A stretch of 64,000 bases of DNA, from the NCBI GenBank assembly GCA_963921275.4, contig OZ001293.3, positions 5,120,001 through 5,184,000 on the forward strand. The letters run 5' to 3'. Both the position numbers and the translations under genes were made by a program. The notes under the pieces are model-generated. The model had not been told where the DNA came from, did not search any database, and saw nothing but the letters and a program-made list of their open reading frames with translations. Shown piece after piece: positions 55,584 through 64,000 of this stretch. Every line of letters begins with the position of its first letter. Within the stretch, counting starts at the first letter, position 1. This stretch comes from an uncultured Hormoscilla sp. (lineage in GTDB: Bacteria > Cyanobacteriota > Cyanobacteriia > Cyanobacteriales > Desertifilaceae).

Positions 55584-55717
55584 CGGTGTCCCCCGGGTAG
55601 TGCGAATACGATGTTTCCCCTTTTGTGCGATTAGCGCTCTGTATCTCCTGGGTAGTGCGATTAGCGCTCCCAGGAGATACCTCGTCCCAGGAAACATTGA
55701 GCTCTCGGGGGACACCG
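55584..55717. repeat. Multiply nested hairpin mini-elements (family 1)
   Basis: CGGTGTCCCCC...GGGGGACACCG outer stem with repeated GTGCGATTAGCGCT loop motifs. Confidence 0.8.
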
Positions 55718-56081
55718 AAGGAGAGAGGGGATGGTTTGTGCTTGGGTTAGCTTGGGGTTATGGCCCTCACGGGCCTGTTCAGAAGATAACCAGTGATAAA
55801 ATCCAGTTTCTGACGACAATGACATAACTACTCCAGATGCACCAATTCAGCTCTAATTGCAGCATCGGGAAAATTTCCCCTTAAGATTAGGGTGGTTGTG
55901 TCAGTTCCTCGACTGTAGCGACATCTTCGGCAACTGAAGCCCCTTCAGTCCGGGAAACGCCGTGACAATTTTCTAACTGTCCTCGCCTGTCCGTGGTGGG
56001 CTTCCTGCCGGACCGATCCCGGTTCGGATACAATAGCTTGGTAGCTATCAAGCTCACAGTTCGCTGCTCACACCAAGGGTC

Positions 56082-57182
56082 ATAAATAAGTTGCACAGTG
56101 GTTTTACTGTATTTCTCAGTTTGCTCGTAGAGGCCATACCCTTCCTGCTGCTAGGGGTGTTGCTTTCAGGCTTACTGCTATTTTTTGTCGATGAGCGCAA
56201 ACTGGCCGCACTCATCCCCAAAAACCCCCTACTGGGTGCCTTAGCAGGAAGTTTGATTGGTTTTTTGTTCCCCGTCTGCGAGTGCGGCAATGTACCGGTA
56301 GCTCGTCGCCTGCTGATGCAGGGGTTGCCTGCGTCGGTGGCCGTGGGTTTTTTACTGGCGGCCCCGACAATTAATCCGATCGTAATTTGGTCCACCTGGA
56401 CTGCGTTCCGAGACCAGCCCGAAATTGTCGTCCTGCGAGTCCTATTTTCTCTGGCGAGCGCGACCATCGTGGCCTGGGTCTTCAGTTTTCAAACTGACTT
56501 GCGAGATTTACTGCAACCGAGTATGGTGCGTTCTCTGCCTGAACGCTACAGTGCGGTGTCTCCTGGGATCTTTCGGTGTCCCCCGGGAGCGCTAAAAGCA
56601 CAAAAGGGGGAACACCGAACTCGCACTGCCCAGGAGACACCGAAAGCTACTTTTATATCTCCGGCAACAGCACGGTCGCCCTTGTTACAGTCCGGCACAT
56701 TTATCCTCGATCGACCTGGTAAACCTCTGGGCGTCAATCAGTTACAAATGGAAGCTGGAGTGAAGAGCAAACCTTTACCAGAACGCTGGCGTTTGTTCCT
56801 GGACAATACTATAGAGGAAACCCGGGAGTTGGGAGGCATGTTGGTGATCGGAAGTGCGATCGCCGCCGGCCTTCAAGTCGCCGTGCCCCGGGAGGTCATA
56901 CTCTCGATCGGCAATAGTCCCGTCACCTCGATTCTGGCTATGATGATCTTAGCAGCCCTGGTATCCATTTGCTCTACTGTAGATGCCTTTTTTGCCCTAT
57001 CTTTCGCCTCCACCTTTACCAGTGGTTCTCTGCTCGCTTTCCTCGTCTTTGGCCCGATGATTGACCTGAAAGGCATTGGTCTGATGTTGTCAATCTTCAA
57101 GCAAAGAGCTATATTTTACTTATTTGCCTTGGCGGCGCAGTTAACCTTTGTGTTCGCGTTGATTTATCAAATGCTATATTAG
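56082..57182 (+). CDS. Permease (DUF318/UPF0718 family) with an in-frame hairpin insertion; start uncertain (ATA 56082 or TTG 56091)
   Basis: LVEAIPFLL, FPVCECG, SICSTVDAF, GPMIDLK motifs. Confidence 0.9.
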   Translation: MNKLHSGFTVFLSLLVEAIPFLLLGVLLSGLLLFFVDERKLAALIPKNPLLGALAGSLIGFLFPVCECGNVPVARRLLMQGLPASVAVGFLLAAPTINPIVIWSTWTAFRDQPEIVVLRVLFSLASATIVAWVFSFQTDLRDLLQPSMVRSLPERYSAVSPGIFRCPPGALKAQKGEHRTRTAQETPKATFISPATARSPLLQSGTFILDRPGKPLGVNQLQMEAGVKSKPLPERWRLFLDNTIEETRELGGMLVIGSAIAAGLQVAVPREVILSIGNSPVTSILAMMILAALVSICSTVDAFFALSFASTFTSGSLLAFLVFGPMIDLKGIGLMLSIFKQRAIFYLFALAAQLTFVFALIYQMLY

Positions 57183-57195
57183 CACAGGAGTGATT

Positions 57196-57945
57196 ATGGT
57201 CAAAAGGTCAAAATCCCTGAGGCCGTGGCTAGATATTTTCAGTATCGCAGCTTGGGGTGTTTTGCTGCTGAAATTATGGTTGACTAACAAGTTAAATCTG
57301 CTGATTCACCCAGCTTATCATTGGCTGACGCTCGTGGCGGGATTGGGTCTGCTGCTAGTAAGTGGGTTGCAGGGCAGGGAACTGCTGCGCAAACGGCGTT
57401 ATCGGTTCGCAAACTCTCAACATTTGAGCGCATTTCCTCCGGGCTGGAGTAGCACAATATTATTAGCAACCGCCATTGCGGGTTTCTCGATCAAACCGAC
57501 AGTGTTTTCCAGTCAAACAGCCCTACAGCGAGGCGTAAACGATTTCTTGCCCGTGACAGAATCTCAACCTCAAGCATTTATAAATGCGACTCCACCAGAA
57601 GGGCGATCGCTGATCGATTGGGTCCGGACTCTCAATGTCTATCCCGAACCTGACGCCTATGCTGGCCAAAAGGTGAAAGTGAATGGTTTTGTCATCCATC
57701 TTCCGACCTTGCCAGCAGAATATCTGTTGATTTCTCGCTTTGTGATTACTTGCTGTGCTGCGGATGCTTACCCAGTAGGATTACCTGTTAAGCTGAATTC
57801 CGATCGCAATGATTACCCCCCAGATACCTGGTGGGAAATAGAAGGTAAAATGATTGCTGAAACTTTAGATGGGAAACGCCAACTGACGATCGCCGCTGAC
57901 TCTCTGAAACCAATTTCCGAACCAGAAAATCCTTATAATTATTAG
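57196..57945 (+). CDS. TIGR03943 family putative permease subunit (DUF1980)
   Basis: LLIHP, RFVITCCAADA, PENPY; follows the DUF318 permease. Confidence 0.88.
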   Translation: MVKRSKSLRPWLDIFSIAAWGVLLLKLWLTNKLNLLIHPAYHWLTLVAGLGLLLVSGLQGRELLRKRRYRFANSQHLSAFPPGWSSTILLATAIAGFSIKPTVFSSQTALQRGVNDFLPVTESQPQAFINATPPEGRSLIDWVRTLNVYPEPDAYAGQKVKVNGFVIHLPTLPAEYLLISRFVITCCAADAYPVGLPVKLNSDRNDYPPDTWWEIEGKMIAETLDGKRQLTIAADSLKPISEPENPYNY

Positions 57946-57964
57946 GAAGGATGGAAAAGGGAAA

Positions 57965-59491
57965 ATGGACATATCGGAAATTGACAACTTTCAATTCGCA
58001 ATAAAAAAATTAGCAATGATCGATCAAAAATCACTTCAACCGCTAGACAGGGTGGCGATCGCCATAATGACAACTCTGAGTATTGTAATAGTAATTCTGT
58101 TAATGAATGGGGTGTATACAGCACCGCGAGTGCGGAATTTCAGCTGGCAGGATAAAACAGTGAGTGCTGAGGATACTGCTTTTATCTTGACATTCAATCG
58201 GCCTATGGATCGTGAAAGCGTAGAGAATAACATGAAAATCGAGCCGCTGCTGCCGGGAAAAATTAGTTGGGCGGGACGGAAAATGGCTTATACTTTAACT
58301 AATCCCGTTCCCTATGGTACAAGTTTTAATTTGCAGCTGTTGGGGGCTAAAGATAGGCTGATAGGCCAGGAAAAAACTGTAGCAAACCAGCCATTTCTGG
58401 GAAAATTTAAGAGCCGAGATCGGGCTTTGGCCTACATCGGGGTTGATGGGGAAGAAGCAGGACGGTTAGTATTATATAATCTGACTAAGCAGTCAAAAGA
58501 AATTATGACTCCAGAAAAGCTGGTAGTGATGGATTTTCAGCCCTACCCAAGTCGAGATCGGATCCTGTTTGCAGCCAGCGATCGCCCCTTAGCAGACCAA
58601 GGGTTCCTGGAACAAAAATTATATACCGCGACCACAGGTATAACTCCAACATCGAGTCGGCAGAAAGATAAACAAAGGCAGGCAGAAGCTGGGATAATCG
58701 AAACAGTATTAGATAATCAGGATTACCGCAACCTCAAGTTTGACCTGTCTCCAGACGGACAGACAATTGTGGTGCAACGCATTAACCGGCGAGATTCAGG
58801 AGATATGAGTTTGTGGGTAGTTCGTCCAGGGACAAAACCCCAACCTCTCAACAGCAAACCCGGAGGAGAGTTTACCATCACTCCCGATAGTCGGGCGATC
58901 GCCATGACCCAAGGACAAGGTATCGCTATTCTGCCACTTGACCCTGACTTGGAAGAGGTACAACCGATCGATTTTCTACCCAAATTTGGCATGGTACTGG
59001 ACTTCGCCCCAGATGGCTCTGCAGCAATGGTAAAATTTAATCCAGATTACACCAGATCGCTCTTTTTACTGACTAACTCCGAGCAGAAAAAACTCTTAGA
59101 TACTACAGGGTCCATTACTAGCTGCCAGTTTGACCCGAGTAAAACCACCCTCTATTGTCTGCTATCTCAACTGTTCCAGTCTGATGAAATCTACCAGGAG
59201 TTGCCTTATATCGCCGCCATTGACCTGAAAACTGGCAATCAGATACCCCTACTAGCACTACCGACCGATCGGCGAGATATGCAAATCTCTCTGTCGCCAG
59301 ATGGTCTGGCATTGCTATTCGATCAAACTATTACTAACCCTAATGCTGCTCAGGCCATCGGTCAGAATCAAGGCCCGAATAGCAGTCGTCTCTGGCTGCT
59401 ACCTCTGGTAAACATCGCACCACAACAGGGTCAGCAACTGCAACCCCAACAACTGCCCTGGAGAGGCTTTCGCCCCCGCTGGCTGCCCTAA
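57965..59491 (+). CDS. Membrane-anchored Ig-like domain plus beta-propeller protein
   Basis: TM helix, LTFNRPMDRESVE Ig-like start, repeated SPDG turns. Confidence 0.78.
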   Translation: MDISEIDNFQFAIKKLAMIDQKSLQPLDRVAIAIMTTLSIVIVILLMNGVYTAPRVRNFSWQDKTVSAEDTAFILTFNRPMDRESVENNMKIEPLLPGKISWAGRKMAYTLTNPVPYGTSFNLQLLGAKDRLIGQEKTVANQPFLGKFKSRDRALAYIGVDGEEAGRLVLYNLTKQSKEIMTPEKLVVMDFQPYPSRDRILFAASDRPLADQGFLEQKLYTATTGITPTSSRQKDKQRQAEAGIIETVLDNQDYRNLKFDLSPDGQTIVVQRINRRDSGDMSLWVVRPGTKPQPLNSKPGGEFTITPDSRAIAMTQGQGIAILPLDPDLEEVQPIDFLPKFGMVLDFAPDGSAAMVKFNPDYTRSLFLLTNSEQKKLLDTTGSITSCQFDPSKTTLYCLLSQLFQSDEIYQELPYIAAIDLKTGNQIPLLALPTDRRDMQISLSPDGLALLFDQTITNPNAAQAIGQNQGPNSSRLWLLPLVNIAPQQGQQLQPQQLPWRGFRPRWLP

Positions 59492-59559
59492 GAGGTTAAT
59501 GGATAGGACAGGGCAGGGGCGGTTCTACTTCCCTCACCGCAAGCAGATATCGATAGACT

Positions 59560-59745
59560 GGTAGTGTGTCAAGATTTAATTGATAGGTAAAGACTCTTGA
59601 GCTTTATCCGAGCATCAGTTGTCGTAAATGGCCAGGATATCTGTAACTGCTCACAGCAATAAATAAAGCTTATTGAGAATGGATAACTGGCGATGCTCAT
59701 TGCTATAAACATCCACTGTGTAAAATCGCTCCTTACCATTGCCAT
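59560..59745 (-). pseudogene. IS630 transposase 3' remnant
   Basis: FTTTDARIKLKSLY C-terminal motif plus terminal repeat. Confidence 0.7.
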
Positions 59746-60204
59746 ATAAGAATTTCAGCTCTCAGGACTACTGTACAACTTCCCCTCGGCTGACAGAGAT
59801 AGGCTTTCCTTGGGATTAAACTAAGCCAACGGGTCACCCCGCCGACTCGTCTTCAGAACCGGACGTGAGACTTTCACCTCATCCGGCTCCTCAGTTTCGC
59901 CATCCTTGTCATGGATACGGCCTTTGTCACCATCTCTGGCAGACTTTACATCATGGCAATAATCATGCAGCAACTGTAGGTTGGTATACCAGTCTTTACC
60001 TCCTTTAGAAACTGGTAGAATATGGTCAACCTCCCATTTGTCGCCATCTTTGAATTTCAGTCCGCAGTGCACACACTTACCATCCTGCTCTTTTAGCAGT
60101 CTGATAACTCTAGCGCTCACATCCGGGCTTTTTCTCAGTCTTTTGCTCCAATAAACCAGATTACCGTCAAACGGGCTAGCTGTCCCCTTAACCTTTACGT
60201 GTCT

Positions 60205-61946
60205 GTGCGATTCGTTCTAGCCTAACGTGGTCAAACACGGAACGCTAGCCCGGTTTCATTAGCCAGGAACTCTGACCGCATGGGGGTTAAATTCCCCTCC
60301 CCCCAGGTACGGGGGTGACACCGGTCCTCGGTGCTACGAAGCGACATCATCGTGGTGCTAAGCGAGGACTCAAATGTAGGATAACTGGCAGCCTAAGCCG
60401 GTGACGCCGCTAGGAAAGATATCCAAGGTTAGAGCAGGCAAACATGTGCAAGCCTCGTTATAAGGAACCAGCGAAATAAGGCTATATGCGCTGGCCTAAA
60501 AAGGAAATGGTAGCTAGTATTAGTTTTAGACTCTGGCTAATATAGTACTCAAATAGCTCCCGGGGTATAGTGTGGACCTAAAGGTATCGCGAAATGTTGT
60601 TAGGGAACGAAGTAACCTCTCGTGTGCTGTCCATCAGGACAAGTTAGATGTTAAGCGCAAGCCACGGGGGGAGGGATGGCCCAAGAAGCGAATGCCCGGG
60701 GTAATTCCTGGGATAACATCTACAGTAATGTAGATGATGCTGGGTAGCCAGCGCTGACGTGGGTCGGTGATACTAGGAAGCTGCTGGAATGAGTAATCCT
60801 AAAAAGCCACGGAACTAATCCGAAACGCAAGTGGAGGATAAGGTATGGATAACTGGTAAAACTGACTTGAAAATGGTGATACTAACGGTTATCAGAACAA
60901 CCACTCGCTAAACCAGGAAAGGGAAGAAAAGACAGGCGGCAAGGGCTAACGGAAGTAATTCCTATTAAGTCTGTGCGATTCGTTCTAGCCTAACGTGGTC
61001 AAACACGGAACGCTAGCCCGGTTTCATTAGCCGGGAACTCTGACCGCATGGGGGTTAAATTCCCCTCCCCCCAGGTACGGGGGTGACACCGGTCCTCGGT
61101 GCTACGAAGCGACATCATCGTGGTGCTAAGCGAGGACTCAAATGTAGGATAACTGGCAGCCTAAGCCGGTGACGCCGCTAGGAAAGATATCCAAGGTTAG
61201 AGCAGGCAAACATGTGCAAGCCTCGTTATAAGGAACCAGCGAAATAAGGCTATATGCGCTGGCCTAAAAAGGAAATGGTAGCTAGTATTAGTTTTAGACT
61301 CTGGCTAATATAGTACTCAAATAGCTCCCGGGGTATAGTGTGGACCTAAAGGTATCGCGAAATGTTGTTAGGGAACGAAGTAACCTCTCGTGTGCTGTCC
61401 ATCAGGACAAGTTAGATGTTAAGCGCAAGCCACGGGGGGAGGGATGGCCCAAGAAGCGAATGCCCGGGGTAATTCCTGGGATAACATCTACAGTAATGTA
61501 GATGATGCTGGGTAGCCAGCGCTGACGTGGGTCGGTGATACTAGGAAGCTGCTGGAATGAGTAATCCTAAAAAGCCACGGAACTAATCCGAAACGCAAGT
61601 GGAGGATAAGGTATGGATAACTGGTAAAACTGACTTGAAAATGGTGATACTAACGGTTATCAGAACAACCACTCGCTAAACCAGGAAAGGGAAGAAAAGA
61701 CAGGCGGCAAGGGCTAACGGAAGTAATTCCTATTAAGTCTACCTATGAAAAGGGCCTAGTACCCAGTAGCCGGATGCGGTGAAAATCGCAAGTCCGGTTC
61801 CTCAAGGGAGGGTCGGGAAGCGATTCCCGGCTCGACCCCATCCACCTATGAAAAGGGCCTAGTACCCAGTAGCCGGATGCGGTGAAAATCGCAAGTCCGG
61901 TTCCTCAAGGGAGGGTCGGGAAGCGATTCCCGGCTCGACCCCATCC
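60205..61946 (+). mobile_element. ORF-less group II intron variant B, outer copy (768 nt + 103 nt)
   Basis: Span 1742 = 2 x 871. Confidence 0.95.
60973..61843 (+). mobile_element. ORF-less group II intron variant B, inner copy (871 nt)
   Basis: Inserted at TATTAAGTCT|ACCTATG of the outer copy. Confidence 0.95.
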
Positions 61947-64000
61947 GATTATTTCAGTTTCAGAGTATCGGTTTAGCTTCATTCCTCCATCTTCTTTAGA
62001 CTTGCCAGCGAACCTCCACCGGTCTTTCCCGGTCATACCCCAGTACTTACTAGCAATCCATTTGCCCGTTTTGTTAGGATGTCTTCTCTTTGCCCATCGC
62101 CATAACAACTTCCATAAGTAGTTATCCATAGAGCTGTAAGTTTCTTTACTTACCACCGTCCTATAATAGTTGCTCCATCCCCTTATCATCGGGTTTAGTC
62201 TTGCTATTAAGGCCGTTTGCGGTGCCCCTTTATGGCGGCGAACTATCTCTGATAGCTGCTCTTTATGATTCCTTATGGATTTATCGCTAGGCTTGATTAG
62301 GGTCTTGAATCCTAGGGGGGTTCCGTTACAGAGTTTGCCGCTTCTGTGTTTCCCTACTTTATATTGTCGGATATTGAACCCTAAGAAGTCAAATCCAGGG
62401 CTCTCTCCTTCCAATGTGTGGGATATCTTCGTTTTCTCGGCTTTTTGCTCCAGCCCTATTCCCTTCAACCACTCCTCAATCACTCCTTGAGCTTCCTCAA
62501 TCATCGACCGGTCATTATGTATTACCACAAAGTCATCCGCATATCTTACTACGGTTAACTTCTCCTTCTCTCTTTTTGTGTGAGCGAGACCCATTACTAC
62601 CCCTTCCAGCCCATGTAAAGCTATATTGGCTAGTAATGGAGATATAACCCCACCTTGGGGAGTTCCGGCTTCTGTGGATTCCATCCTTCCCCGGTCCATC
62701 ACCCCAGCTTTTAGCCATGCTCGTATTTGTTTACGGATTGGTGACGTAGTATTCAATTTCTTTAGGAGCGCGGAATGGTCAATTTCGTCGAAACACTTCG
62801 CAATATCCGCATCTAACACCCATTTCGATTTTTGACTGATGCTAGCGAATATCGCTGCAACTGCATCATGACATCCCCTACCTGGTCTAAACCCGTAGGA
62901 ATTGGCTTCCATATACGCTTCCCATTCAGGCTCTAGCGCTTCTTTAACCAATCCCTGAAGTGCGCGGTCGTGCATCGTTGGTATTCCTAATGGCCGCTTC
63001 TCCTCCCTTCGTGGCTTCGGTATCCACACTCTTCGTGTGGCTTTTGCCTTCGCCTTTCGAGTAACTTTAATTTGACCTACCAGTTCGATACGTTCTTTTG
63101 GGGTCAGTGCTTTCACACCATCCACACCAGCCGTCTTCTTTCCCTGGTTTTGTTGTGTTACCTGCCGTACCGCTATCATCTTCGCGGACCATGACCTATT
63201 TAGTAATCCTTGGAGCTTACGAACCTTCTGCTTATTACCTTCCAGTGCCGCTCTGTAAATTCGCTTTTGCAGCTTAAAAACTATCCTTTCCAGCTTTCGC
63301 CAGGCGACAGTCTTCCATTCATACTCTTGTCTTTCGACTAAGTTCCGTGACATATTCACTACTACTTACAACTTCACAATTGACGAGACCGTGAGGGCGT
63401 CAGCTTATCCTATCCATTACAGACAGGCATTTGCTTCTCCACTCAATCTCCCCCAGTTGCGTCCTGCCTTCCGGAGAGCAGATGTTACGCCTGTGGTGGC
63501 TACTCCATCTATCGACCGGTGATGGAGAGTGCTACAACCGGGTTACTTCGTTCCTACAGATGATTGGTCGTAACCTTAGACGGGTTCTCTACGCCGGGTT
63601 TATTGTCAGTGCTTATTGGTCGGGTATACATCCGCCAATGACCAGTATCCTTTCCCTTTTTGGGCCAGTGTATCAGCCTTATTACACTGGATAGGCTTTA
63701 CGACGTTGCAAACCTTCGCTTTACGCTCATCATAGTTACTTGCTCGACGATGACCGGTCTAGGCTCCCAGCCATAGCGCCTTTCCTTCCCGCTTCACGGA
63801 TTGATGCCATCGCTACCGTGGGGAGGGTGCTGTCACTCCTGCACCTGGAGGGGCGGGCTTTCACCACCATCACCTGTAAGTTCTCGGGACTTACGAAATC
63901 CCGGTAGCGGTCCCCCTCCTTGACTTGTGTCAAGTTAGTTTACGCTAAACGAATCGCACGTATACTAGCTTATATGACCTTTACTGCTGCACTACAGACC

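Larger units (their letters stand above)
59821..63359 (-). pseudogene. ltrA: Group II intron RT/maturase/HNH; contiguous if 60205-61946 is removed
   Basis: YADD intact; junction reads ETEII|RHVKVKGTASPFDGNL, matching EIVRHIKVKGTASPYDGNL of the paralog. Confidence 0.92.
59815..63959 (-). mobile_element. Full-length RT-encoding group II intron inserted in an IS66-like end, ORF broken by an antisense twintron
   Basis: GTGCGATTCG start, domains V/VI ending GTTTAAT; empty site CTTGGG|GTATACT seen at 41638-41650; EBS1 GUAUAC matches the 5' exon 6/6. Confidence 0.95.

Noticed and set aside
60205..61946. Simple tandem duplication
   Set aside because: The arrangement is nested at exact intron boundaries, with an EBS1-compatible site and at least one difference between copies; long-read confirmation is still desirable

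Overview
Cyanobacterial chromosome segment. HIP1 GCGATCGC is abundant, and sqdB/sqdX, NTRC and the deoC-recO-MFS-GT4 cluster are present. A filamentous, possibly host-associated lineage is an inference from the heavy pseudogene and mobile-element load. Housekeeping islands are separated by piles of nested mobile DNA. The main system is a family of ORF-less group II introns (nine copies, about 0.8-0.9 kb of intron sequence each). They carry at least six different EBS1 target-recognition loops that match their own 5' exons. Exon reconstruction shows they end in non-canonical GACU/GACC/AUCC. They sit in IS elements, in RT-encoding group II introns (all four RT introns here are broken), and once in an almost identical copy of themselves (60205-61946). 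A second layer is a set of tiny 20-90 nt hairpin elements with GTGTC...GACAC-type ends that nest in each other and sit in-frame inside conserved genes. There is also an IS982/MITE-bounded composite transposon carrying an RTX gene fragment. Coordinates were counted by hand and may be off by a base or two.
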